Source: Xylanibacter ruminicola 23 (lineage in GTDB: Bacteria > Bacteroidota > Bacteroidia > Bacteroidales > Bacteroidaceae). From it: a DNA stretch of 32,000 nucleotides. Both the position numbers and the translations under genes were made by a program. The DNA is taken from NCBI RefSeq assembly GCF_000025925.1, contig NC_014033.1, positions 1,080,001-1,112,000 on the forward strand, written 5' to 3'. Numbering within the stretch: position 1 is the stretch's first letter; each line of letters opens with the position of its first letter. Positions 1 to 8,719 of this stretch are shown in pieces. The notes beneath the pieces were generated by a model. The model searched no databases. It had not been told where the DNA came from and saw only the letters and a list, made by a program, of their open reading frames with translations.

Positions 1-66
1 GATATTTATAATTTTGTGGCAAAGATACATCTTTTTGTTGGAATGTCCAAGGATTATGTGAAATAA

Positions 67-273
67 TTACAATTCGTCGAATCTTAGGAGATCATCTGTT
101 TTTACGTCAAGAAGAACAGATATCTTCATGAGGGTTTCAATTGATGGCTGGGCATCGTTTGTGCACCACTTGCTTACTGTGGATGGTGTAACGCCTAGCT
201 GTTCGGCTAGCCATTTGTTGGTTCTATGTTTTTCAACTAGAACCACTTTAATTCGGTTTATATTCTTCTTCAT
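67..273 (-). CDS. XRE/Cro-CI family helix-turn-helix transcriptional regulator
   Basis: HTH core WLAEQLGVTPSTVSKWCTNDAQPSIETL. Start moved to MKKNINR (273) because a -7 box TACCTTTG (rc of 301-308) overlaps the upstream ATG at 303. Confidence 0.8.
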   Translation of the reverse strand: MKKNINRIKVVLVEKHRTNKWLAEQLGVTPSTVSKWCTNDAQPSIETLMKISVLLDVKTDDLLRFDEL

Positions 274-466
274 ATTTGCACTATTTGAATTTTTTGTGTG
301 CAAAGGTACGAAAAAAGAAATGAAACGTGAAAGCGAATGCTTTAAACAAGAAAAATATTGTTAATAATTAGCTGTGTTTTTTGTTTTGCAAATATTATCT
401 TTGTAAATTTGCAATAATAAACATCATCAAAACAAAACTTTTAATAAAAGAATACAATTAATAAAA

Positions 467-610
467 ATGGGATTTATTGCTTTGGTATGCTGGCTTATCG
501 TTAGTGTCATAATCATTATAATAGCTATCTCTATAGGAGGATGGGGATATGCTTTATTTCTTTTTATTTTCGCCATTTTTTATTTGTATGTTAAAAGAAA
601 CGATTATTAA
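467..610 (+). CDS. Small hydrophobic membrane protein (47 aa)
   Basis: Hand-translated ORF MGFIALVCWLIVSVIIIIIAISIGGWGYALFLFIFAIFYLYVKRNDY, below the ORF-track cutoff. Two hydrophobic spans. TATCTTTG -7 box at 396-403, divergent from the XRE gene. Confidence 0.45.
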   Translation: MGFIALVCWLIVSVIIIIIAISIGGWGYALFLFIFAIFYLYVKRNDY

Positions 611-836
611 CAACTTTTATTATGATCTTTGGCGGAATACATCCCCTCTCCCCAAGGCTATAGGGTAAGTCATTGACATGTTTTATGTGCTAATACAAGT
701 ATTCTATTGACTATACTTAGTATTGTCATACCTTAGGTTAGCATCATCAGCATAATAATTGATTTGTTATTGATGTACCAGTATGTTGATGGACTGGAAA
801 AAGGATTGTAAAAGACCATTTTTAAAATCTATCTTG

Positions 837-867
837 TCCCCGCTCACTATTATTAGTGTAGCGGGGA
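837..867. terminator. Hairpin terminator downstream of the 883-1731 gene
   Basis: 8-bp stem TCCCCGCT/AGCGGGGA with a 15-nt loop and AT/T-rich flanks on both strands. Confidence 0.5.
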
Positions 868-882
868 TTATAATATTTGTAT

Positions 883-1731
883 TTATAACCAGTAACCACC
901 AGATGACTTTTGGTTCACGAAGACTTTGGGGGTGTAGAGGGCGGCGACTGCGGAGGTGTGCCAGGCGGGGAATATTTCTTCGTGTTCGCGAATGATAGTG
1001 ATTAGATCGTAATAACATTGGGGGTGAACTTGGATGTTGTTTAGAAGCTCCAACTCGTAGGACTGCAGGGATTTAATCACCTGCTCTTCGAGGGGTGATG
1101 CGCTGCGGTGCTGGGTGAATACGTGGGAGCGGAAGACTTGCATCTGCTCGTGAGAGAAGTATGTGTCGGCAAGAACGGACTCTATCTTTATGAGACGTTC
1201 GTGCAGCTGCTGGTAGGAGTCCCAGATATGTTCGCGGATGGCGAGACGGCGGCAGAGGCTCAGGAACGGGAACATTGTGGCGGCGAAGTATTTACCTGGT
1301 TCGCTTTGCTGCCAGTCCGTTCTACTGGATAGACGAAGGATGAGAGCTTCGATAGCGGCGTCGCGCTGAGACTCGAGAGAGGCGATCAGAGCGGCGACGC
1401 GCTCACGAGAAGCGGGAACAACTGTCTGATTTGAGACGATACCGAAACCATTAGGGGTCAAGACTAAATCAAGCGAAGGGATGGCTGTCATATAGGCATG
1501 ACAGGCTACGAGCTTTTCCAAGGGGAAACGGAAACGCTCGTTAGGACCTGAGCTGTCAGCTTCAGCTATCTCGGCAAAATTGGCTTCAGGAACGAAAGTG
1601 TCCATTACCCATTGCTCGGCAGACTCGAGATATGGGTAAAGCTTTTCAATCAATGTAGGCTCACCCTCAACGGTGGCCAGTACGTTAGGTATGAGCAAGC
1701 GCAGCTGCTCGTCGGTGGTAATCAGTTTCAT
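883..1731 (-). CDS. Hypothetical phage protein, co-transcribed with the portal-like gene
   Basis: 282-aa ORF. Its ATG overlaps the stop of the upstream portal-like ORF. I recognise no motif. Confidence 0.6.
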   Translation of the reverse strand: MKLITTDEQLRLLIPNVLATVEGEPTLIEKLYPYLESAEQWVMDTFVPEANFAEIAEADSSGPNERFRFPLEKLVACHAYMTAIPSLDLVLTPNGFGIVSNQTVVPASRERVAALIASLESQRDAAIEALILRLSSRTDWQQSEPGKYFAATMFPFLSLCRRLAIREHIWDSYQQLHERLIKIESVLADTYFSHEQMQVFRSHVFTQHRSASPLEEQVIKSLQSYELELLNNIQVHPQCYYDLITIIREHEEIFPAWHTSAVAALYTPKVFVNQKSSGGYWL

Positions 1732-3065
1732 TATTCTTCTTCAGTCTTATTCGGTGTAACAAGCTTAGCGTCTCTATTTTCATCAAGCGTTGAAAGCATG
1801 ATGAATGGACAATCGGGATGAACGCCTTCCCAACCGTTGAACCTTATAATGATATGGTGAACGGTGAAAAGAAGGTCGTGATATGGCTTCTGCAGAGCCT
1901 GAGCGATGGTATAGAGCTCACGCTTGTCAGAACCGGAGTTGTTTGTCTGACTCTTTCCTGGTACTGAGCCGACGAGGTTAGAATGAACGCGCATCGTAAA
2001 ACACATCATGTTGACGGCTTCGATAATATCTGTCGACCAGTCGCCACCTTCCTTTTCCGTTTCTACCTTATTAATAACTACGTCATGTTGTTCGTGACCA
2101 TCTGGGGAGATGTAGAACGTAGAGAAAAGAACCTTACCAGAGTTCTCCATACCCGTCAGGAAGTTGATGATTTTTTCCTTCTCCTCCACTACCCTATCCA
2201 TCTGCTTCTTACGGTCGGTAATTCCTTCGGCTTTGAAGATTCCGTCCCAGAATCGATTGGCGATCTCGATGTGATACTTGATAGGTGCAGAATTCTTCAA
2301 TTTAGCTTCCTTTGCCATGCCGATGAGACGCTTGATATTATACCAGTTGCCCTTAAATAGAGAACCATAATAAGGGATGGGATAATAGGTGCTGTCAGGT
2401 GTTGGAACACGGCTGACGATGGCGAACTTGCGGGTGCTGGATTTGGGCTTATTACCTTTAGCGGGCTTGAGACGCTCCTGCAGATCTGCCCAAGGAGAAT
2501 GGAAATCCAGGAGCTCTATCTTCTCGACTTCGTCCTTACTGGAGATAGACTTTCGCCAGTTCGCATACAGGATATACGGTATGCGGCCAGACTTGTCTGC
2601 AGGAGCAAAACGGCAGTAGCAGGCCTCTTTGCGAAGAATACGTACAACTTTTGAACCATCAGAACTCAGAATGATGATAGACACACAAAAACCGAAATGT
2701 TTGAAATCCTGGCAGACACCGAGGAAATACGAGGCCAGAGAGTTATCCATCAGGAACTCCTGGACTTGTGACTTGGTGGCAGCACTGGCCTGGGATGTGT
2801 CATAGACCAGGCCGGAACCATAGCAGACTTCAGCGTTGAAGATCTGACAGGTGGATAGTGTCTCGTCGGACTCAATAAGCTCGAGAATGCGGTAAGGCAT
2901 CTCGTTGTCTGCGCCCCAGGGCATATACTGGTAACCTTCGACCAGTGTACGGGGGATGATATCATACTGCTCCTTGAAGACTTCGGAGCTGTTGACAGTG
3001 AATGCGGCGCTGGCTTTGAGGTCCGGGATGGATTCAACAGAGTTGAAGGAAACGAAATTATTCAT
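1731..3065 (-). CDS. Putative phage portal protein
   Basis: About 444 aa. Size, acidic C-terminus and overall pattern (GGDWSTDIIEAVNMM, SGSDKRELYTIAQ) resemble portal proteins. Start set to MNNFVSF (3065) because a -7 box TATCTTTG (rc of 3083-3090) lies inside the longer ORF. Confidence 0.5.
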   Translation of the reverse strand: MNNFVSFNSVESIPDLKASAAFTVNSSEVFKEQYDIIPRTLVEGYQYMPWGADNEMPYRILELIESDETLSTCQIFNAEVCYGSGLVYDTSQASAATKSQVQEFLMDNSLASYFLGVCQDFKHFGFCVSIIILSSDGSKVVRILRKEACYCRFAPADKSGRIPYILYANWRKSISSKDEVEKIELLDFHSPWADLQERLKPAKGNKPKSSTRKFAIVSRVPTPDSTYYPIPYYGSLFKGNWYNIKRLIGMAKEAKLKNSAPIKYHIEIANRFWDGIFKAEGITDRKKQMDRVVEEKEKIINFLTGMENSGKVLFSTFYISPDGHEQHDVVINKVETEKEGGDWSTDIIEAVNMMCFTMRVHSNLVGSVPGKSQTNNSGSDKRELYTIAQALQKPYHDLLFTVHHIIIRFNGWEGVHPDCPFIMLSTLDENRDAKLVTPNKTEEE

Positions 3066-3361
3066 ATCGGTGATTTTTCTGGCAAAGATATGAATATGAC
3101 TAGGGATGAAAAAAGACACAAAAAATGGCGAGCTTCACAGCCAGCCATAATCTATACAATTATATAATCTAACCCGAGGCAGGAATAAAACCTGTACTCA
3201 CTCATTCTTGCCCTTCACAGGGGTATGAATGAAAAAATTTAGGTATGGGCAAAATGCCCATGGTCAAAAACCAAACGCAAAGGTACAAAGAATAAATGAA
3301 ATACAAACATTTTGGCTAATAATTCTTGGAATTAGTGAGAAAATTGTAATTTTGCAGCAAA

Positions 3362-3823
3362 ATGAAGAAAATGAAAGAACCAGATATACAAAAAGCAGAT
3401 GTATCTACGGAGCTGGAGCTGCCGATGTACGATGCGATAGCAGCCGGTTTCCCTATTACCAGTGACTATCCTGCAGACAGGCTGGATTTCAATCGCGACT
3501 TTATCAAGCACCCCGAAAGTACTTTCTATGTGCGTGTGAAAGGCGATTCTATGAAAGAGGCCGGCATCTTCGATGGCGACTTGTGCCTGGTAGACAAAGC
3601 AGAAGAGATGGTACACGGCAATATCGTGGCTGCGTATGTTAACGGTGGGTTTACGGTGAAGTACCTGGATACGTCGACTAAGGATCAGGGCTTTATCCGA
3701 TTGGTGCCAGCCAATAAGGATTTCAAACCGTTTATCATCGATTCATCAGACGAGTTTACTGTCTGGGGAAAAGTAATTTTTACCATTAGAGACTGGAGGA
3801 ATAGCTATTGTTTGCCATTATAG
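3362..3823 (+). CDS. umuD: UmuD-like S24 peptidase (translesion polymerase accessory subunit)
   Basis: S24 LexA/UmuD signature GDSMKEAGIFDGDLCLVDK. No N-terminal HTH. TAATTTTG -7 box at 3347-3354. Overlaps the downstream umuC-like gene. Confidence 0.85.
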   Translation: MKKMKEPDIQKADVSTELELPMYDAIAAGFPITSDYPADRLDFNRDFIKHPESTFYVRVKGDSMKEAGIFDGDLCLVDKAEEMVHGNIVAAYVNGGFTVKYLDTSTKDQGFIRLVPANKDFKPFIIDSSDEFTVWGKVIFTIRDWRNSYCLPL

Positions 3824-5100
3824 ATTGTGATAATTGCTTCGTGAGCTGCGAGCGTGTATTCAGGCCCGATCTCAACGGAAAGCCCGTCGTTGTATTGTCG
3901 AACAACGATGGCTGTGTTGTTGCGCGCTCAAACGAAGCAAAAGCAATGGGCATCAAAGCTGGAACTCCCTACTTCCAACTAAAAGACCTCTTTCCTGGAC
4001 AGGAAATAGCGGTATTCTCGTCGAACTACGAACTGTATATCGATATGACCGACAGAGTGATGTCGCTCATCCGAAAGGAGGTGCCTGAATTCTATCGTTA
4101 CAGTATAGATGAAGGCTTCTGTATGCTGAAAGGTATGGAGCATCTCGACCTGAAAGCATGGGGCGAGGAGATGCATCAGCGCATCAAACAATGCACGGGT
4201 ATGCCGGTAAGCATCGGCATCGCCTCTACTAAGACCTTGGCAAAGATGGCCAGTCATTATGCCAAGAAATATCCCGGATTTCATCATTGTTGCTATATTG
4301 ACAATGTGACAAGACGCGATAAGGCCTTAGAACTGTATCCCATTAGCGAAGTGTGGGGCATTGGCCGACAGTATGCTAAGCGCCTTGAAGCTATAGGCAT
4401 CAAGACAGCCTATGATTTTGCAACGCTCAGCAGAAGCTGGGTTCGGTCGACCTTTAACGTTGTGGTAGAGCGCACCTGGCGTGAACTCAACGGTGAGGAT
4501 TGCATTCTTCTGGAAGACATGACTAAGAAGAAAAGCATCTGTACCAGCAGAAGCTTCCCCGGAATGGTGCCTGACTTTGAGACGCTGCGTACCAGCATCA
4601 GCAACTTTGCTGCCCATTGTGCAGAAAAGCTTCGCAAGCAACAGTCAGCAGCAGCGATTGTGAGTGTGTTCATCGATACAAACCATTTCCGAGAGGACTT
4701 GCCACAGTACTGGAACTATGCCGAGGAACGACTGTTGACACCCAGCAGTAGCACCCAGGATATCGTGCAATGTGCTCTGCGCTGCACCCAGAGGATATAC
4801 CGACAAGGGTATCAGTACAAGCGTGCTGGTGTAATCGTGATGGGCATCTGCCCTACTTCGGCTGTACAGACCAATTTCATCGACTATGATTCGGAGAAAT
4901 ATGAGAAAAAGCGAAAACTGGATGAAGCCATCGACCGTATCAATCGCATAAATGGTAGTGAGACTGTCGTGCTTGGCTCGCAACAATACACGGCTAAAGA
5001 CGGCATTGGCAAAGCGAGTGTTTTCCGAGACAGCATCAAGCACGACTTCCGTAGTCCAAGCTACACTACAAAGTGGAGCGACATTCCTGAAGCAGAATAA
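3808..5100 (+). CDS. umuC: Y-family DNA polymerase, UmuC-like
   Basis: N-terminus MFAIIDCDNCFVSCERVFRPDLNGKPVVVLSNNDGCVVARSNEAK is the classic UmuC/ImpB start. 430 aa. TTG start overlapping the umuD end. Confidence 0.9.
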   Translation: MFAIIDCDNCFVSCERVFRPDLNGKPVVVLSNNDGCVVARSNEAKAMGIKAGTPYFQLKDLFPGQEIAVFSSNYELYIDMTDRVMSLIRKEVPEFYRYSIDEGFCMLKGMEHLDLKAWGEEMHQRIKQCTGMPVSIGIASTKTLAKMASHYAKKYPGFHHCCYIDNVTRRDKALELYPISEVWGIGRQYAKRLEAIGIKTAYDFATLSRSWVRSTFNVVVERTWRELNGEDCILLEDMTKKKSICTSRSFPGMVPDFETLRTSISNFAAHCAEKLRKQQSAAAIVSVFIDTNHFREDLPQYWNYAEERLLTPSSSTQDIVQCALRCTQRIYRQGYQYKRAGVIVMGICPTSAVQTNFIDYDSEKYEKKRKLDEAIDRINRINGSETVVLGSQQYTAKDGIGKASVFRDSIKHDFRSPSYTTKWSDIPEAE

Positions 5101-5104
5101 AAAA

Positions 5105-5133
5105 GTGGCTGGCTTTCACAAGCTGGCCACTTT
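5105..5133 (+). terminator. Rho-independent terminator after umuC
   Basis: 9-bp stem GTGGCTGGC/GCTGGCCAC (two G-U pairs), 8-nt loop, then TTT. Confidence 0.65.
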
Positions 5134-5590
5134 ACTCATTAAAATTTACTTATAGCTTAGTCAATTTCTAAAAGAAAAAGACTGTGGATCATACATGCCT
5201 TCACAGGTGGTATGGTCCCAAATACAAAATATCTTTTTGCTGATGCTTCTGGCTAGTTTGATTTGTACAAAAAGAACGTGGGCTTGCGTATCCCACGTCT
5301 TCACACTCAGGCTCTGGATTGCCGTAAAGAAAAGAACATGAGACGACAAGCCCACGAATATATACGTGAACCGTCGTACCCCGTCTTGTTCTTTGTTTGA
5401 ATTTTCCAGATTCGAGTGTGCAAGACAGAAGCGCGTCAGCTTCGTTTACCAATAAGATGCTGCAGAAGCACAGATGCATGAGCAGCAGGAACAGCGACGA
5501 CCTTTTTAGCCCGCTTGTTCTGGGTGCAAAGATACGAAATATTTCCGAATAAGCGATAATTCTTCGGAAAAAGTTCGGCATAAAGGCATG

Positions 5591-5821
5591 CTACAGGTAG
5601 ACTTCCATGCCGTTGAGCATGAAGATACAGCACTCGCGAGTCTGACGGATCTGATTAGAATCGAGGAGTTTGAACTTGCGTGTGCCTTTGTAGTGGTCGT
5701 ACTTGATACAGATACAGCGGTGCCACTCCTGGATCTCGCCTTTAGATGTCCATAGACGGATATCGACAGGCTCAGGACGGTTGAGAATCAGCCGGGCTGT
5801 GGTAATGTGGATACTATTCAT
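5591..5821 (-). CDS. Hypothetical protein (76 aa)
   Basis: ORF overlaps the stop of the upstream 5818-6837 gene by 4 nt (operon-like). No recognised motif. Confidence 0.5.
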   Translation of the reverse strand: MNSIHITTARLILNRPEPVDIRLWTSKGEIQEWHRCICIKYDHYKGTRKFKLLDSNQIRQTRECCIFMLNGMEVYL

Positions 5822-6837
5822 GGGAGAAACTCGTTTTGTTCCGCATAAGTCCAGGTGAACTTCAAGCGGATGGGGTTAGAATTATTATCTGATACTTCTG
5901 ATGAGGTATCTGAAATTATGACTGGAGCGAAGACTCCGTCAGCAACTTCTCGAGTGATTTCCTGGGAAGAGAGAAGCTGAGTAAGGAACTGTGCTTCGGA
6001 TAGTGTAAGTGGTGCTGTTTCCACTTCGTGTTTGACTTTGACGGAAGTGTCGTAATAAGCAACCTTATTACCGCATATCGCTTCAGAACGGTCGATCTCC
6101 GTTTTTGAAGTAGTAGCGCCGAAAAGGCAAACCGTTTCCCAAAGATTAAAATTACCTTTGAACTGGAATGTATCAGATGGAGCGGTGGGTGAGAAATATA
6201 TATTGAACTCGCGCTCCCCTATTCTATAAAAGACCCGATGTATGGTGGCGTTGTAAATGCCACTAAGCGCCAACAGATTCTGGAACCGCGCATAACTGGC
6301 CTCAGATGCGATGATTTTGGGTGTGTCGGACTGTTTATTGCCGAACGTGACTGTTGATTTGAGCATCGACTGTACTGATGGCATGTTGTAATAGATATCG
6401 CAATAGTTTGAACTCTGCTGATATGGCTGGGCATAGTTGTATAGCGTAAAGGGGCATGTTTGTGATAGCAATGCACTTTTGCGTGTAGTGAGGAAAGCGC
6501 CCAAAAGTGCTTGTTCTGCGCCTTTAAGTGATTTCAAATGACTGTATACTACCTTGATGACACCCGATGTGTAGGTAAAGTTCTCGTAGTCCTTGACATT
6601 AAGGACGAACGAGGCGATGGCCAGCTTCTTTTGCAACATAGCTGACTCGACGATAGACTGGATGTCACGTACATATGCCTTCAAGCCGTAGATATAGTAC
6701 GCTGAGGAAAAGACTTCCACCTCGTCGATGCTTATAGTGACAGTGACTAGCGGTGTGAGCGATTCTATCTCCACCTCTTCAGGCAAGTCAGCTGTGAGGC
6801 ATATGGAGGAAAACTTTGTATTGATAACGGTGGCCAT
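5818..6837 (-). CDS. Hypothetical protein (about 339 aa)
   Basis: Long ORF. Start set to MATVINTK (6837) because a -7 box TATCTTTG (rc of about 6851-6858) overlaps the upstream ATG. Confidence 0.6.
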   Translation of the reverse strand: MATVINTKFSSICLTADLPEEVEIESLTPLVTVTISIDEVEVFSSAYYIYGLKAYVRDIQSIVESAMLQKKLAIASFVLNVKDYENFTYTSGVIKVVYSHLKSLKGAEQALLGAFLTTRKSALLSQTCPFTLYNYAQPYQQSSNYCDIYYNMPSVQSMLKSTVTFGNKQSDTPKIIASEASYARFQNLLALSGIYNATIHRVFYRIGEREFNIYFSPTAPSDTFQFKGNFNLWETVCLFGATTSKTEIDRSEAICGNKVAYYDTSVKVKHEVETAPLTLSEAQFLTQLLSSQEITREVADGVFAPVIISDTSSEVSDNNSNPIRLKFTWTYAEQNEFLP

Positions 6838-7054
6838 ATCTTTTTTCTGCAAAGATACAATTGGGCGGTGGGCGGGGAAAAGACACGAAAAGATGTTTAA
6901 ATTCGGCGTAACATTGTTTAATCTGCGCTAAATAATGTAGAATGAACAAAAAATGACGAAAAATAAACATCAATTCCGAAAGAAATGTATATCTTTGCAG
7001 TGGTTAAGGTTTATGGTTGATTAATTTAGTTTTTTAAGTAAATTTTTTCAGGAA

Positions 7055-7080
7055 AGGTTCGCTGGGAAGCGAGCCTTTTT
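7055..7080. terminator. Strong hairpin terminator, probably bidirectional
   Basis: 8-bp stem GGTTCGCT/AGCGAGCC with a GGGA loop, followed by TTTTTT on the plus strand and preceded by an A-run. Lies downstream of the minus-strand gene 7128-7508. Confidence 0.7.
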
Positions 7081-7127
7081 TGATAATATATAGCAACTTT
7101 TTCTAGTACAGAAAAAGATAGCACTCC

Positions 7128-7508
7128 TTAAAGGAATGCTATCAATTCTTGCTGTGGCTCTGGAGCCATCTGAACCACTTTGGGCTCCTTCTTTGCGCGG
7201 GGCTTGCGCTGCTTCTTAGGCTTCTCTTCAGCCTCTGGCTGCTGAGCTTCCTGCTCTGCAGGCTTCTCTGGCTCGGCAGCAGCTGCTTCAGCTTTCTGCT
7301 TTGCAATTTCCTCTGAGAGGGCCTTGAGGGATGCATCCTCGATGCTATATCCTGTCTGCTTCTTCAGGAGAAAAGCGAAACGCATGGCTTTGTAGGGGCT
7401 CTTGCAGTATGCCTTACCTTGTTCTTCACCTGTGATGGCCACCATCCAAACATTGTTCTCACTCTTGTTAGACTTCACTACTGAAATGATAATAACTTTT
7501 GCTTCCAT
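7128..7508 (-). CDS. Hypothetical protein with a Glu/Lys/Pro/Ala-rich low-complexity C-terminal half
   Basis: 126-aa ORF. Globular N-terminal roughly 70 aa, then AKQKAEAAAAEPEKPAEQEAQQPEAEEKPKKQRKPRAKKEPK. Confidence 0.6.
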   Translation of the reverse strand: MEAKVIIISVVKSNKSENNVWMVAITGEEQGKAYCKSPYKAMRFAFLLKKQTGYSIEDASLKALSEEIAKQKAEAAAAEPEKPAEQEAQQPEAEEKPKKQRKPRAKKEPKVVQMAPEPQQELIAFL

Positions 7509-7557
7509 AACTTTAATATTTTTAAATTGTTAGACTTATCTTTGAAATACTTTATTC

Positions 7558-7779
7558 TTAAACTTTATATACTTCGACATATGTGATATCTGCCATCAGA
7601 TCATTGGCCATGCTCTCAGCTATCTCTGTAGCCTTAGCAAATGTATCGGCTTCAACCTCGTACTCGTAATACTCACCACCTTCGCAATTAACAACTACAT
7701 TGTAGATATTGCCCAGATAATAACGCTTGTTATACAATCTGCTGTGGGTGAAAACTGATGTTTGTACATTCTGTGTCAT
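7558..7779 (-). CDS. Hypothetical protein (73 aa)
   Basis: Compact ORF upstream of 7128-7508 on the same strand. No motif recognised. Confidence 0.5.
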   Translation of the reverse strand: MTQNVQTSVFTHSRLYNKRYYLGNIYNVVVNCEGGEYYEYEVEADTFAKATEIAESMANDLMADITYVEVYKV

Positions 7780-8719
7780 AATTCTTATTTTTTAAATGTT
7801 TGACTTCTTGTTAATGATAAGCTCCGAGGAGCTTTTGTAATTTTTACGTGCATATAAGAGCAGCAAGCGGCAAGTGCTTTAATGCAAGGAATTACTAGCA
7901 AAAATAACGGAATACCCCATTTTCTTTAGGTCCTGACGTGAAGAAGAAAATGCGGAAGGCTGCTGTGATTTTTGAGCAGGAATCGGGAGCCTGTGACCAG
8001 TACTTGCAGAGCACGGGATTGCGCTAAATTTGCAAAGGAAAAATAAGTAAAGGGCCTCATAGGTAGCTATCATGAGAAGTCCAACATGTATAGAGTATGT
8101 CAATGACACAGATTCAGCAAACATCCAACCCACGGCAGGTACTAACAAGTGCTATTGCTACCCCATCCTATTTTGGGCTATATCTGCATTGTCTATCCTT
8201 TGTGTATAAGGTGTGGTGAGTGTTGTACGAGGTATGTGTGCTGATTTTCCTATTTACCTTGTGGTACAGGGGATAGCTGAGAGTGGCCACTACCCTACTT
8301 TACTGGCAGATTACATCGAAGTACAGATAAGTTTTAGAGATCTGACGATAAAGTATCAAAGTAAGGAAAACAAAAATGTTGAAGTGGAAAGCAAGTGATA
8401 TCTTTAGTAGATATGAAGGTAAGTGAGAGGGTTATGAACGATGGATGGTAGCGATTACAGGTGTGTAGAAGAACAGGACTTGCTAGGCTATGCCCCATTT
8501 GCAGCCATGCATACTTTTTTGAATCTGACGCAGAAGGGATATAAAGAGACAGCGGGCCTCACGGCTCACTGTCTCAGATTTTTGGGTAATAATAAAGCGT
8601 TTGCTATTATTCTGCGTCCAAGAAGCCTCGCAGGAAATTCAAGACAGAGTCCAATGAATATGTCAGCGATGCCTACGCATTTGCAAAAAGTAGAGTCTCA
8701 CGACTCATATGAGAATGTC

